In this document: piece after piece, positions 26,246-37,804 of the stretch
How the letters are laid out: each line of letters starts with the position of its first letter
Numbering within the stretch: the stretch's first letter is position 1
Virus record (IMG/VR): IMGVR_UViG_3300047551_002158
Strand: one strand, 5' to 3'
From: a virus
Lineage: Duplodnaviria; Caudoviricetes
Length of the DNA: 64,000 nucleotides
Made by a program: the position numbers and the translations under genes
The notes under the pieces: model-generated
What the model was told of the DNA's origin: nothing
Database searches by the model: none
Seen by the model: the letters and a program-made list of their open reading frames with translations, nothing else

Positions 26246-28038
26246 TGACTGAAGGAACTTTATTTAACTCAGGTTTTCTTGGCGCAAGTTTTAGTTGGTG
26301 GATTGGACAGATTGCTGCCGATTCCACTTGGCGAGATAATATGCTTGCCGGAAAATTTGAAAGTAAAGATCAAATTCCCGGATGGGGTCGTCGTTATAAA
26401 GTTCGCATCATAGGTCTTCACGATCAAGGAGAAACTGAAGTTCCTTCAGATCAACTTCCTTGGGCTCAATTGATGTATCCTGTGACCGCTGGTGGTGGTC
26501 AAACAAATGCGGGTGCAACACCAAACCTAAGACAAGGAATGTTTGTCTTTGGTTTCTTCCTTGATGGACAGGAGCAACAAGTTCCTGTGATTATGGGAGT
26601 TCTTGGGAATAATGCTCAGACAGAACTTGCAACGAAGATTGGTGATAACCGAGTAACGAATACTCAACCAGGAAGTCTTGCAACAAGTGGATATGCAACT
26701 CCTGCAGATGGAAATAAGGATCCAAATGCAAAAGTTCCTGATGATGGACTTGTAATTAATAAACCAAAATCTAAAGAACAATCTGAAGAATGTGCTCCTG
26801 CACCACCTGGGGTGTCTACAAATGAGTTTGGATTAAGAGCAGACAAATCTTTAACCTCAACTCAATTCAGAGATCAGCAAAGTGCTATTGCAGAAGCAGA
26901 GGCAAGAGGTCTAACTGGTACTGAAAGAAGTAATTTTATACAACAATCAGTTGCTTCGGGAATTAAAGCAAGGTGTCAGGAAGCAAATTCTCCAACTTCC
27001 CCATCTCAACCTGGAGCAACAAAAGAAAATGTTGATGCAGTTCACGAGCAATCAAAAGCAGATGTAACCAGAAACGATTATTATAGTAAAAAGACTGTAA
27101 TGATGTCTCCTTGTGATGTACCGGGTTCTGCATTAAAAGGTGTTCAAACTGCTATTGAAAATCTTACGAAGGATATTGATAAAATTCTGAATGCTGCTGA
27201 AAGTTATGTTGATGCAGTTTCGAATACTTTGGGTGGTGACATTGATGCTTTGATCGGAAAATTTTCAAAGGAAATTTCCAAGTATATGAAAGTAGTCTTT
27301 GATAAGATTATGGAATTTACCACAAAATTAATTAATAAAGCAATTGCCCCAACAGTGGATTTAATTCCACCAAATATGAGGAACAGACTTTTTGATGTTA
27401 AGACAAAGATAACCGAATTGATATCTTGTTTGTTTAGTAAAATAACAAATGCATTGGGTGGACAAATACAAGGATTGTTGAATGATCAATTAAGCAAAGA
27501 ACTGCCACCAAAAGAAGATTCTCCCAGTGGTAATCCAATTGCTAAAACTCCAACCACTCCAATTTGTTCTGTTGAAAAACTAACAGGTGATTTAATCTCA
27601 TTAAATTTAAATGATATAACTACTGGAGTAGATGGCATAGTAAATAATGTAAATAATTTACTCAAAGATATTCAATCCGAAATAGGGGAAGTTAGTGATG
27701 CTGTATCCTCTGCCACAAGTATGATTGGAGATATTAGTGGAAGCATTACTTCTGCATTAAGTTTTGAAAATCTTACATTAAATATATTTGGTTGTGATCT
27801 GAAACCAAATTGTCCCGCATCTGATTTTTATACTCTTCAAACTGGAAGTGGTGCTGCAGAAGATCCACAACAACCAAGACCTGCAGAAGTTGATAAAGCA
27901 GCACAACAACCAACAGCACCAGTTCAATCAACTGAAACTCCTTATGCTCCACCAAGTCAAAATCAACCAGATGTTGACTTTGGAACAAGAGAAGAAGCGG
28001 TACAGGCAGTTCAGTCTGGTCAGGTATCCTTTTACTAA
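26245..28038 (+). CDS. gp5: baseplate hub/needle gp5 (N-terminal OB-fold)
   Basis: RYKVRIIGLH, DQLPWA, GMFVFGFFLDG...PVIMG; no lysozyme motif recognised. Confidence 0.8.
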   Translation: MTEGTLFNSGFLGASFSWWIGQIAADSTWRDNMLAGKFESKDQIPGWGRRYKVRIIGLHDQGETEVPSDQLPWAQLMYPVTAGGGQTNAGATPNLRQGMFVFGFFLDGQEQQVPVIMGVLGNNAQTELATKIGDNRVTNTQPGSLATSGYATPADGNKDPNAKVPDDGLVINKPKSKEQSEECAPAPPGVSTNEFGLRADKSLTSTQFRDQQSAIAEAEARGLTGTERSNFIQQSVASGIKARCQEANSPTSPSQPGATKENVDAVHEQSKADVTRNDYYSKKTVMMSPCDVPGSALKGVQTAIENLTKDIDKILNAAESYVDAVSNTLGGDIDALIGKFSKEISKYMKVVFDKIMEFTTKLINKAIAPTVDLIPPNMRNRLFDVKTKITELISCLFSKITNALGGQIQGLLNDQLSKELPPKEDSPSGNPIAKTPTTPICSVEKLTGDLISLNLNDITTGVDGIVNNVNNLLKDIQSEIGEVSDAVSSATSMIGDISGSITSALSFENLTLNIFGCDLKPNCPASDFYTLQTGSGAAEDPQQPRPAEVDKAAQQPTAPVQSTETPYAPPSQNQPDVDFGTREEAVQAVQSGQVSFY

Positions 28039-28060
28039 ATATCAATAACTAAAAGGGAAT

Positions 28061-31000
28061 ATGTCTTTTAATTTATCAGCAGCACCTATTAAAGAAGACA
28101 TTAAGGTTGGATACATTGATCCAGTCTTAGGATATGTTGATGGTGTTACTATTTGCGAAGCAAATCAATATGCTAAAGATAATCCTGGAACTACTTTTAT
28201 TTTTAAAAATGGAGATAATAATCTTCAGTATTTGAATATTAATGAGGTTAATCAATTAACTCCAAAAGATTTATTTTCCACAAAGTCTGATGAGTGTGGT
28301 GGAATTCAGCAATACAAAGAGTGTGGTCCTCCCAGAGTTCAGTTTTTTGGTGGAGGTGGAGTTGGAGCAGTAGGAAATCCTGTAGTGGGTTTAGATGGTT
28401 CTCTACTTGCTGTTGATCTTGTGAGTGGTGGAAATGGATATCAGTATCCTCCACTTGTTGCTGCAAGAGATGATTGTCAGTTTGGAAATGGTGCAGTTCT
28501 CAAATCTGTTTTGGGAGAAACTCCAGATCAAACTGAAGTTTATGAGGGAGAAGAAGACTTTGAAGAATATGAATTATGTGATAATGCTGAGGTTAGTTTT
28601 GGACTTAAGTATGGTGCTGATGGAGAACCTATAGGTGAATGGGATCCAGACGCTTATACTCAGGAACCCAATGCAGATCCTATACAAAGAGAAATTGAAA
28701 TATTTCAAAAGGTTTTAGAAAGACCATTTTGGACTACAAGAAAAAAACAGCCAGATAGAATTAATGCTGAAAATAAGCAGTATGAAAGATCATATAAAGT
28801 AACTCATCCAGAATGGAATGAGTTTATGAATGAATATGCAGTTTCTCCAGTCAAACCCTCAGAAACAACGGGAACTGATGAGGCTGGTAAAGTTTTTACT
28901 ATAGAGTGGGAACATAATTTTCCTATAACAGGAGAATATATTTTTAGAGGTCTTTGTGACAACAAGGCAGAAGTTTTTATTGATGATGCTAAAGTTGGAG
29001 ATTTAAAACCATTTAATCAGGATCCAAAACCATTCCAATCAACAATTCAGGAAGGGAATCATATTATTAAAGTGGAGTTATTTAACACTCCAGATGAGGT
29101 CAATTCTGGTTCTGGATCTTTGCCTGCTAAGTTTATCATTCAAAATTCTGTTGCCTATTTGCAAGTTGATGGTACTGGAACTGGACAAGTATCCTTTTCA
29201 ATGAATGTTGATGACAACCCAAATATTGCTGGACTTGCTGCTAAAGAAGTTGTTATTCCTTCAGATAGTGGAAATATTTCATTAAGAAGAGACATATCAA
29301 AAGAAAAAGATAGTGATAGTGGTTCTGGAACCTTTACTGGTGGTAAGACGTATGGACCAATTCAGATTATAGGTGCTGCATCTGGTGCTCAAAGTCCAAT
29401 TATTAGTAAGAGTGGTGCAAATACTCTTGCATTAAGAGATTCTGATGGAGACGATGAGAATATTACGATTACAGTATCTTCAGTATCTTCAGTTACTTCG
29501 TCTACAGAAAAAGTAATATCTCCAAAATCTTGGCAAGAAAATCCTATGGGTGTTTCTATGATTATAGAACCACCAGAACCAACTGTTCCCCAGGAACAAC
29601 CACCAGAGCAAACTGGAAAGTGTCCTCCAAATCCGATTTGGTCTACCAGATTTCCTGGATCTTCTGAAAAGTGGTATCCTGTAAGGTATACTCGCTATGA
29701 ATTCAGGCAAGGACCAAATGATACAAATCCTGGAGTATTGGGGGCAACTGCGATTAATAATGCTCTTTCGGATGGATTGACTACTGAACAAATTAGGGCA
29801 GAAGCGGAAAAACAAGGACTTAAATTTAATGAAAATGCATCATCAATTCTGAGTGCAACTCCTTCTGCTTCAACATCTTCCAATAGTTCTGGCGGAGTGT
29901 GGAGTGATTTTATGAATCGATATGCACTATCACCAGTTCTTCCGCTTGACACTCCAGGGAGTGATTCTTCTGGAGTTACTTTTACAAACTCTTGGGACAT
30001 TGATCTTCCCTATGCTGGATTTTATGGCGTCAAAGGTGCGATAGACAATACTGGAAGAGTATTAATTGATGGAGTAGAAATATCTAAATTAGACAATCCA
30101 TCTTCCGATAATCCAGAAATAACGAAAGTCCCTTTAACCAAAGGAAAACATACAATAACAATAGAGGTATCAAATAATCCAGTTGAGACTCAATCCAAAA
30201 TAACCAATAAAATTTTTAATACTAAGGATTGGAGAGTTGCATCTCCTTCTTCTTCATCTTCTTTAACCGCCAAATTTATTATTCAAAATTCGAATGCTTA
30301 CTTACAAGTTGATGGAACTGGATCTGGTGAAATATCTCTTTCAATGGATGTTGATGATAATCCAAATATTGCTGGACTTGCCGCTAAAGAAATTATAATT
30401 CCTGCAGATAATGGTAGCATAAGTTTAAAAAGAGATGAACTTAAGCAAAAAGATAATTCTAACGGAACTGGAACTTTTACTGCTGGTAAGAAATATGGAC
30501 CAATTCAAATTATAGGTGCTGGTCCTGCTGCCAGAGGTCCAATTGTTAGTAGCTCAAACCGATTGGGTATTAGAGATGCTGATGGTGACGATGAAAATAT
30601 AAAGATTACGATTGGTAGTATAACTTCATCTTCCCCATCAACACAGACATCTCAAAGTCCAACAAAAAATGGTGTTACTTATGAGGGACCAACTATCTTT
30701 GGTTGGACTGATAGTAGGTGGAGCAAATTTATGAATAATGCTTCAGTATCTCCGAAGGTTTTTGGTTCCACAGGTGATCCTGATGAAAGAGTTGTTGGAA
30801 AATATACTTTAGCGTGGAAAAATGTAAATTTTCCAGAAACTGGAATTTATAAATTTGCATTCCAAGCAGATAACGTCGCATCATTTTCTGTAGGTGGAAA
30901 GAAAATTTATGAGACAACTGACTTTATTGGAGACAAAGTTCAATATACATTCAACATCACGCAAGGGAAATATGATATTGTAATCGAATTGGAGAACAAA

Positions 31001-31792
31001 AAGACTGATAAAGGCGGTGATGATGATTTTACGTTCTCGAAAAATCCTATGGGGGTTGCTCTTTCTATTACCAGAGACACTCTTGTTGGTGATAGCGGAA
31101 AAACTTCTTGGAAAGTTAACCCTATGGCAATTTCTGCCATTCTTATTCCACCTCCTTGTGCCAAAAAAATTGGAGGTAAGGGTGTAGTTGAAAAAGTAAT
31201 TGTTGAGGATCCTGGGAATGGATATTTACCACCACAAGGTAATGGATATCCTGCAACTCTTGTCCTGGATCAAGTAATTGTAGAGAATCCCGGAATTAAT
31301 TATAGTTGTGGGCAAGATCAAATAAGAATTGTTCCAAGCAATGGGGCGGAGCTTTCTTATAATTGCGATTCTTTTGGTAGAATTAATTCTGTAAATGTAT
31401 TAAATCCAGGCGTTGGATTTAACATCTATCCTGAAATTAGTCTTCCATCAGAGACTGGAGTGAATGCATCTTTTAGACCAGTATTTCGTGTTGTTAGAGA
31501 TCCACTTCTTCCTCCAGATAAACTTATTCAAGTTGTTGACCTGGTTGGTCTTAAGCAAACTGGATATGTGGATGGAAGAGCATACTATGGTGCTGTTTAC
31601 TATGATCAAGGTATTCCATATGCAGGATATTATAAGACTGCTGGAACTCAGGTAAGAGTTTATGCAACTCTTCAAGAAAGTATTACGGCTCAGGTCACTA
31701 CTCCTGCGAGTGCTATTCAGAGATCTGGTACTGATATTACAAGTAACGATCCAAGACTTAATATTCCAGGAACTCCAGAGTCAACAACATAA
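28061..31792 (+). CDS. large structural protein with PA14-like modules and an internal duplication
   Basis: Three W..FMN..AxSP modules; duplicated AKFIIQNS...DGDDENI domain; TAAATA at 28036. Confidence 0.65.
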   Translation: MSFNLSAAPIKEDIKVGYIDPVLGYVDGVTICEANQYAKDNPGTTFIFKNGDNNLQYLNINEVNQLTPKDLFSTKSDECGGIQQYKECGPPRVQFFGGGGVGAVGNPVVGLDGSLLAVDLVSGGNGYQYPPLVAARDDCQFGNGAVLKSVLGETPDQTEVYEGEEDFEEYELCDNAEVSFGLKYGADGEPIGEWDPDAYTQEPNADPIQREIEIFQKVLERPFWTTRKKQPDRINAENKQYERSYKVTHPEWNEFMNEYAVSPVKPSETTGTDEAGKVFTIEWEHNFPITGEYIFRGLCDNKAEVFIDDAKVGDLKPFNQDPKPFQSTIQEGNHIIKVELFNTPDEVNSGSGSLPAKFIIQNSVAYLQVDGTGTGQVSFSMNVDDNPNIAGLAAKEVVIPSDSGNISLRRDISKEKDSDSGSGTFTGGKTYGPIQIIGAASGAQSPIISKSGANTLALRDSDGDDENITITVSSVSSVTSSTEKVISPKSWQENPMGVSMIIEPPEPTVPQEQPPEQTGKCPPNPIWSTRFPGSSEKWYPVRYTRYEFRQGPNDTNPGVLGATAINNALSDGLTTEQIRAEAEKQGLKFNENASSILSATPSASTSSNSSGGVWSDFMNRYALSPVLPLDTPGSDSSGVTFTNSWDIDLPYAGFYGVKGAIDNTGRVLIDGVEISKLDNPSSDNPEITKVPLTKGKHTITIEVSNNPVETQSKITNKIFNTKDWRVASPSSSSSLTAKFIIQNSNAYLQVDGTGSGEISLSMDVDDNPNIAGLAAKEIIIPADNGSISLKRDELKQKDNSNGTGTFTAGKKYGPIQIIGAGPAARGPIVSSSNRLGIRDADGDDENIKITIGSITSSSPSTQTSQSPTKNGVTYEGPTIFGWTDSRWSKFMNNASVSPKVFGSTGDPDERVVGKYTLAWKNVNFPETGIYKFAFQADNVASFSVGGKKIYETTDFIGDKVQYTFNITQGKYDIVIELENKKTDKGGDDDFTFSKNPMGVALSITRDTLVGDSGKTSWKVNPMAISAILIPPPCAKKIGGKGVVEKVIVEDPGNGYLPPQGNGYPATLVLDQVIVENPGINYSCGQDQIRIVPSNGAELSYNCDSFGRINSVNVLNPGVGFNIYPEISLPSETGVNASFRPVFRVVRDPLLPPDKLIQVVDLVGLKQTGYVDGRAYYGAVYYDQGIPYAGYYKTAGTQVRVYATLQESITAQVTTPASAIQRSGTDITSNDPRLNIPGTPESTT

Positions 31793-31834
31793 TAAATTAA
31801 AGTGATTAAATAGTAGTATATTGATTTTTCAATA

Positions 31835-32500
31835 ATGGCGACTGCTCAAAATAGTAATAATACAAAACTTGGAACTCCACCGAAGGCGGGTAGGGAAGAA
31901 CTTGCTGCTGGAAATGTTTCTGGAAATAATACTGCAAAACAAAATTACACTGCACTTCGTTATGGAAATGATCACGGTTCAATAAATTTTGGTCATATTC
32001 ATAAGCAAGGTGATGTAACTGCAGATGTGATGGTTCAGGGTTCTGATTCGAGACAATCAATCGTTCTTGATAAGGATGGACCAAGAAAAGGATGTACTCA
32101 AATTACTGCTCCTGGTCGTATCTCAATAGAATCTGGTACTGATAAGGAGGAAGCTGAGGATACTTTGTTTATCCATTCTTGGAATGGAAACATTGTAATT
32201 AATGCATCCAACGGAAAGTTGAGACTTCAGGGAACAGATATTGAATTGATTGCTGTTGGTGAAGGAGGTTCAAAAGGAAATATTAGACTTAAAGCAAGTG
32301 AGAGTATTGAACTTGATTCCAAGAAAATATCAATAAATGCAAAGTCAAGTTATAAGTTAGCAACCTCAGGATCTGCGGAAATTGCTGCAAATGGTGGAAT
32401 GTCTTTATATGCTTCAGTTATTCGTGGAGTGAGTGATGCTGTTGCAACTAAAGATTCTAAGGTTGGTGGAAAAGTAATTCAAGCAAACAATAACAAATAA
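31835..32500 (+). CDS. putative baseplate spike-related beta-rich protein
   Basis: Beta-strand-rich sequence like gp5 C-terminal repeats; late promoter at 31807. Confidence 0.5.
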   Translation: MATAQNSNNTKLGTPPKAGREELAAGNVSGNNTAKQNYTALRYGNDHGSINFGHIHKQGDVTADVMVQGSDSRQSIVLDKDGPRKGCTQITAPGRISIESGTDKEEAEDTLFIHSWNGNIVINASNGKLRLQGTDIELIAVGEGGSKGNIRLKASESIELDSKKISINAKSSYKLATSGSAEIAANGGMSLYASVIRGVSDAVATKDSKVGGKVIQANNNK

Positions 32501-32511
32501 GGAGAACGATT

Positions 32512-33171
32512 ATGTCATTTTTAATGGATGATATTGCTGCAGGTGGTCAGGTTGTTGTTGGTGCAGGAGTTCCAAAAGCACTTGGGATTGGTCCAGCAAA
32601 AATAAGAGGTTCTGGATTTGTAGAAGGTCCACTTCAGGTTGGAAAAGCGGGAGAGTATTCAATTCCAAAGGCAACAATGCTAATTGGAAGACTTGCAAAC
32701 TCGGATGCTGGTACTACTTTATATTCATTATGGTGTAGACTTTATGCAAGATTTCAAAGTTTTGTAAGAGTTGATACCCTTCTCAAGTCAACTTTTGTTG
32801 AAGCAAAGGTCGTAAGAACAAAAATTCTTCAAGCATCAATTAAAAACTTTGTAATTGATCACCCAACAAAAAAAGGTAAGAAGTTAGTTCATACTTGTCT
32901 TGAGGGTCCTGAAAATGGTGTTTATGTTCGAGGAAGATTGTTAAATAATACTGAAATTGAACTTCCAGAATACTGGACAAACTTAGTAGATGCAGATTCA
33001 ATAACAGTATCACTTACTCCTGTTGGTGCTCATCAGGATATTATTGTAAAAAGAATTTTGGACAACAAAGTTTACCTACAAGCAAAACCAGGAATACCTA
33101 TAAATTGTTTTTATCATATTTTTGGAACAAGAAAAGATGTTCCAACTTTAATTACGGAGATTGAAGAATAA
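32512..33171 (+). CDS. structural protein with KNFVIDHP...CLEGPE domain
   Basis: 219-aa ORF; C-terminal domain shared with the next ORF. Confidence 0.7.
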   Translation: MSFLMDDIAAGGQVVVGAGVPKALGIGPAKIRGSGFVEGPLQVGKAGEYSIPKATMLIGRLANSDAGTTLYSLWCRLYARFQSFVRVDTLLKSTFVEAKVVRTKILQASIKNFVIDHPTKKGKKLVHTCLEGPENGVYVRGRLLNNTEIELPEYWTNLVDADSITVSLTPVGAHQDIIVKRILDNKVYLQAKPGIPINCFYHIFGTRKDVPTLITEIEE

Positions 33172-33899
33172 TGTCATTTACCTTTGAAAAATACGGAACT
33201 TTTACTGGACCAGGAACTCCTATTGAATATCGAGATAATGATGATTTTTCAGTAGAACCTTTCGAGGGTGGTGGGTTTACCCTTGACGATGTTGCAATGG
33301 TTCTTGCCAACACCACAAAGTCTCCTGAAGATTATGCTTATTTAAAGTTAAATGGCACAAGTACAGCACAAGTTACTTTAGGTAGAAACACTGGACCTCT
33401 CTCTATTTTTAATGCCCAAGCGAATGTTTCTACTTTTAGTGGAGAAGTTTATTCTAATGGTGGAGGACATAGACTTTCTGCTAAAAAGAACTTTGATATT
33501 CCACATCCAAATAAACCAGGATGGAGATTAAGACATACTTGCATTGAAGGTCCAGAGAATGCTGTATATTTTAGAGGAAGATTAACGAACAATAATACTA
33601 TTGAACTTCCAAATTATTGGGATGGATTTATAGATCCTGAAAGTATTACAGTAAACCTTACTCAAATTGGATCTCAACAAGATTTGATTGTTGATAAGAT
33701 TGAGTGGGGGAAAAGAATTATCGTTCGTTCTGGATCTGGATCTACTATAGATTGCTACTATATAATTCATGCGAATAGAAAAGATGGTGAAGATTTAATC
33801 GTAGAGTATGAAGGAAATACTCCAAATGATTATCCTGGAAATAATGATGAGTATTCTATTGTTGGGTGGAATTATGATGTAAGACAACCCAAGAATTAG
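33171..33899 (+). CDS. structural protein, paralog of the upstream ORF
   Basis: KNFDIPHP...[17 protein letters not shown]. Confidence 0.7.
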   Translation: MSFTFEKYGTFTGPGTPIEYRDNDDFSVEPFEGGGFTLDDVAMVLANTTKSPEDYAYLKLNGTSTAQVTLGRNTGPLSIFNAQANVSTFSGEVYSNGGGHRLSAKKNFDIPHPNKPGWRLRHTCIEGPENAVYFRGRLTNNNTIELPNYWDGFIDPESITVNLTQIGSQQDLIVDKIEWGKRIIVRSGSGSTIDCYYIIHANRKDGEDLIVEYEGNTPNDYPGNNDEYSIVGWNYDVRQPKN

Positions 33900-33907
33900 A
33901 AGTAAAA

Positions 33908-36472
33908 ATGGCTTTTGAATACACGAAGAAATATTCAATATCAACAACAACAGAATATGCTGTAGGTATTGACACGTTTTCTGGAGTTGAATATTCAATT
34001 CCAGATAATCTTGAAGATTTAGAAGTTAATAATATAAAAATCAATCAAGCAATATATGATGCTTTTGCCACTACTGGAGTTAGTGGACAGGTTCTTTTAA
34101 CGGATTCCACAAAAGCTTATTGGGGAAATGTCTCTGCCGGTAGTAGCATTACTGGGATTGGAATTAATAGTAATGGTCAAAATATAGGATATGGTGCGAC
34201 TATTTTAGATTTCAGAGGGGTTGGAGTATCTTCTATAGTTGTTGCTTCTGGTGTTGGTACAATTTATATTCAGGGTGGAGGTTCTCAAGGTCTTCAAGGT
34301 ATTCAGGGAATTTCGGGATCTCAAGGACTTCAGGGTACTCAAGGCATTTCAATTCAAGGTATTCAGGGTATTACAGGTTCTCAAGGACTTCAGGGTACTC
34401 AAGGTATTTCAATACAAGGTATTCAGGGTACTACAGGTTCTCAAGGATCAACAGGTTCTCAAGGTTTTAATGGTTCTCAAGGTATTCAAGGTACTACAGG
34501 TTCTCAAGGATCAACAGGTTCTCAAGGATCAACAGGTTCTCAAGGTATTCAAGGTTCCCAAGGTTCCCAAGGTTCTGTAGGTGCCCAAGGTGCTATAGGT
34601 TCCCAAGGTATTCAAGGAATCACTGGTTCTCAAGGTATTCAAGGTATTCAAGGAATCACTGGTTCTCAAGGAATTCAAGGAATTGCTGGTATTGGAACAT
34701 CTGGTTCTCAAGGACTTCAAGGAATTCAGGGAACTACAGGATCTCAAGGTATTCAAGGAATTCAGGGAGTTCAAGGACTTCAAGGTATTCAAGGTGTTCA
34801 GGGAATCCAAGGTACTCAAGGACTCCAAGGACTCCAAGGTATTCAAGGTCTTCAAGGAACTCAGGGTATTCAAGGTTCAAATGATGGTGGAGTTACTGTA
34901 GTCAACGATGTCTCCACAAATGCAACAAGATTCATTGCTTTTGAAGATGTAACATCAGGTGTTTCTACAAATATTGGTATTTCAAGTACGAAACTAGTAT
35001 TTAATCCATCAACTGGAAATCTTGGAATAGGAACTACAAATCCACAGGTTCTTTTAGATGTACCTGCAAATACTCCAACTACAAATACAGCACAATTTGG
35101 TAGTTTTGGCATTCAAAGTTTTGATAATGTAAATGGATTCTTATCCAATAATGGATATTGGGATGGAACAAAATGGATCTATAGAAGAAATGGACACTCA
35201 TCATTACTACAGTTCTTTAATGGCAATATTTGGTTAAGAACTTTACCTGTTGGAACTGCAGGTTCTACAAATAATATAGATACAAGATTTGCAGTACAAA
35301 ATAATGGAAATATTGGTATTGGTACTAATAATGCTTTAGTAAGGTTCCAAGTTAATGAAAACTCATCAAATGTAGTTGCTATTACCTCTACTGGATTTGT
35401 TGGTATAGGAACTACAAATCCAACAGCAACTTTAGATGTTCGTGGTGATGTTAATATTACTGGTGTTTCTACTTTTGGTGGAAGTGCTTATTTTGGCGAT
35501 AATGATATTTTATATTTTGGTGATGGTAATGATTTAGCAATTTATCATACTGGAACTAACAGTTTTATTTCTGATGCAGGAACTGGAAATTTAGCGTTAT
35601 TAGGTAATAATGAAGTTTGGATTGGAAATACTGAGGCAACTGAATATAAAGCAAGGTTCCTTACAAATGGTGCGGTAGAACTTTACTACGACAACTCTAA
35701 AGAATTTGAAACCACTGGATACGGTGCAACTGTCTTTGGAACTTTACAGTCTCAAGGACTCCAGGTTTCTGCTGCATCTACTTTTGGTGGAACTATTGAA
35801 TTAGATGGTGCATTAAGAGATTTTAACAATCAGCTAGGTTCTCCTGGTTCTATTTTAATTTCTACAGGTGCTGGTGTAAGTTGGAGTAGTCCTGTTGGTT
35901 CTGGTTCTCAGGGTATTCAAGGATCAACAGGTTCTCAAGGTATTCAAGGCTCTATAGGTTCCCAAGGTGCTATAGGTTCCCAAGGTGCTATAGGTTCCCA
36001 AGGTACTATAGGTTCCCAAGGTACTACAGGTTCTCAAGGTGTTCAAGGTATTCAGGGACTTTCAGTTCAAGGAATTCAAGGGACACAGGGAAGTACAGGC
36101 ACTCAAGGTCTTCAAGGTACTCAAGGTCTCACTGGTTCTGGTTCACAGGGTATTCAGGGAATTCAAGGTGCATTAATTGCAGGTATTCCCGCAAGTACAA
36201 CAGGAGTTACAATCGTTTCATCGGACGCAGGAAAATATATTGGCACAACTGGAACAATCACTGTAAGTTCTACTACAGGATTTGCGGCAGGTGATATGGT
36301 TACAATTTATAATAATAGTAACGCAACCATTGGCATAAACACCTCAGCAGTAACACTTCGTTTTGCTGGAACATCATCGGTAGGAAATAGATTTTTATCA
36401 CAGAGAGGTCTTGCAAGTATTCTTTGCGTTGCTTCTAATGATTACGTGATTTCTGGAGCAGGTTTAACTTGA
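33908..36472 (+). CDS. collagen-like tail fibre protein
   Basis: Two Gly-X-Y (GxQ) tracts, [10 protein letters not shown] fibre repeats, YFGDND..FGDG module. Confidence 0.85.
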   Translation: MAFEYTKKYSISTTTEYAVGIDTFSGVEYSIPDNLEDLEVNNIKINQAIYDAFATTGVSGQVLLTDSTKAYWGNVSAGSSITGIGINSNGQNIGYGATILDFRGVGVSSIVVASGVGTIYIQGGGSQGLQGIQGISGSQGLQGTQGISIQGIQGITGSQGLQGTQGISIQGIQGTTGSQGSTGSQGFNGSQGIQGTTGSQGSTGSQGSTGSQGIQGSQGSQGSVGAQGAIGSQGIQGITGSQGIQGIQGITGSQGIQGIAGIGTSGSQGLQGIQGTTGSQGIQGIQGVQGLQGIQGVQGIQGTQGLQGLQGIQGLQGTQGIQGSNDGGVTVVNDVSTNATRFIAFEDVTSGVSTNIGISSTKLVFNPSTGNLGIGTTNPQVLLDVPANTPTTNTAQFGSFGIQSFDNVNGFLSNNGYWDGTKWIYRRNGHSSLLQFFNGNIWLRTLPVGTAGSTNNIDTRFAVQNNGNIGIGTNNALVRFQVNENSSNVVAITSTGFVGIGTTNPTATLDVRGDVNITGVSTFGGSAYFGDNDILYFGDGNDLAIYHTGTNSFISDAGTGNLALLGNNEVWIGNTEATEYKARFLTNGAVELYYDNSKEFETTGYGATVFGTLQSQGLQVSAASTFGGTIELDGALRDFNNQLGSPGSILISTGAGVSWSSPVGSGSQGIQGSTGSQGIQGSIGSQGAIGSQGAIGSQGTIGSQGTTGSQGVQGIQGLSVQGIQGTQGSTGTQGLQGTQGLTGSGSQGIQGIQGALIAGIPASTTGVTIVSSDAGKYIGTTGTITVSSTTGFAAGDMVTIYNNSNATIGINTSAVTLRFAGTSSVGNRFLSQRGLASILCVASNDYVISGAGLT
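34280..34878 (+). repeat. collagen-like 9-nt repeat tract
   Basis: CAAGGTATT/CAAGGT-type repeats encoding GIQ/GSQ/GTQ. Confidence 0.9.
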
Positions 36473-36473
36473 T

Positions 36474-37352
36474 ATGACTGTTCAACAAGTTCCATTTTTT
36501 CAAGCACAACCAGCAAGTCAACAGTTATTCACAACTACAGGTACATCAAGTTTTATAGTTCCCAATGATGTTCGTCATATTTCTGTTGTATGTGTAGGTG
36601 CTGGTGGAGGTGGTGGTGATGGCGGTGCAAACGCAGAAACTCCTGGTGGGGGTGGAGGAGCTCTTGCTTGGGCATCAAATTTACCAGTAACTCCAGGCGA
36701 AAGTTTAACAGTTGTAGTTGGTGCTGGTGGAGCTGGCGGTGCTACTGGTTCTGCTGGAGCAAGTAGTATCGCAAGAGGTGGAACAGTTCTCGTACAAGCA
36801 AATGGTGGAACTAATGGAGGAACCACTGCAAACGCAACTTCAAGAGCAGGAGGAACATTCACTTTTGATGCGTCTATAACAGGAGTTGCTGGTATTGCTA
36901 CTGGTGGTGGTAATGGTGGTAATGGTGGCGGTGCTACGAACGCTGCTGGTGGTAATGGTGGCGGAGGAGGTGCTGGTGGATATAATGCTGCTGGAGGTGC
37001 TGGTGGTGACGGTGCTACTGCAAGTTCCGATGGTATTACAAGTACTGGCGGTGGTGGAGGTGGTGGAGAAGCATCTGCCGCAGGTAACAACACATCTGCC
37101 GGTGGTGGAGGAGGTGTAGGAGTTTCTACTACTGCAGTAACAAACGGCACTGGAGGTTCTGGAAATATATCCGCTCCAGGTACTGGAGGTTCTGGTGGAG
37201 CATCTGGTTCTGCTTCTGCTGGTGGACTTTATGGTGGTGGAGGAGGAGGTTCGGCAGGAAACGGAATTGCTGGAACAGGAGCAAATGGTGCTGTGAGGAT
37301 TATTTGGGGACCAAATCGCCAGTTTCCAACTACCAATGCAATTGACCAATGA
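36474..37352 (+). CDS. glycine-rich virion/fibre-tip protein
   Basis: VVCVGAGGGGG, VVGAGG, GANGAVRIIWG Gly-rich family motifs. Confidence 0.75.
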   Translation: MTVQQVPFFQAQPASQQLFTTTGTSSFIVPNDVRHISVVCVGAGGGGGDGGANAETPGGGGGALAWASNLPVTPGESLTVVVGAGGAGGATGSAGASSIARGGTVLVQANGGTNGGTTANATSRAGGTFTFDASITGVAGIATGGGNGGNGGGATNAAGGNGGGGGAGGYNAAGGAGGDGATASSDGITSTGGGGGGGEASAAGNNTSAGGGGGVGVSTTAVTNGTGGSGNISAPGTGGSGGASGSASAGGLYGGGGGGSAGNGIAGTGANGAVRIIWGPNRQFPTTNAIDQ

Positions 37353-37357
37353 ACCCC

Positions 37358-37386
37358 TTGACACCAGGACGCAGACCTGCTATGAT
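37358..37386 (+). promoter_or_regulatory. sigma70-type early promoter
   Basis: TTGACA-17 nt-TATGAT. Confidence 0.8.
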
Positions 37387-37411
37387 ACTTGGGTAATCAC
37401 GAAACGAACTG

Positions 37412-37594
37412 ATGCAAGATGAGTACCTGACACGATGCGTGGTTGATCCTATCAAGCGTACTGTGTATCTTTATTCTAATGAAGGTGATACTAAAGAAGT
37501 AACGTGTGATACGGTTGAAGAGTTTATGAATGTTTTAGACTTTGTTCGTGCTACAGTAGATGAAGAAACACTCTCATACGCAAGTCCCCTATGA
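37412..37594 (+). CDS. hypothetical protein
   Basis: 60-aa ORF after the early promoter. Confidence 0.75.
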   Translation: MQDEYLTRCVVDPIKRTVYLYSNEGDTKEVTCDTVEEFMNVLDFVRATVDEETLSYASPL

Positions 37595-37797
37595 GTTTTT
37601 ATAAAATCAACTATAAAAACCTCAAAGAGGAACCAGTCAAAACGACTCCTCTAAATGTCCAACAAGCAAATGAAGGTTTGTTTTATGCTAAAATGAATCT
37701 TCCTGAAGCAGCAAAACACTGCGGAATGTCGCAAAAAGAAATGAAGTTGACATTTCGTGAGTATCTCAAGTATAATCCTATCACGTACAAAGCGTGA
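37591..37797 (+). CDS. hypothetical protein, possible helix-turn-helix
   Basis: MNLPEAAKHCGMSQKEMKLTF resembles an HTH. Confidence 0.65.
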   Translation: MSFYKINYKNLKEEPVKTTPLNVQQANEGLFYAKMNLPEAAKHCGMSQKEMKLTFREYLKYNPITYKA

Positions 37798-37804
37798 TTT
37801 TTGT

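Noticed and set aside
34239-37364. Several overlapping ORFs (LKVFKV, TLNTLR, poly-Pro, poly-Thr/Ser)
   Set aside because: Frame shadows of collagen and Gly-rich coding repeats
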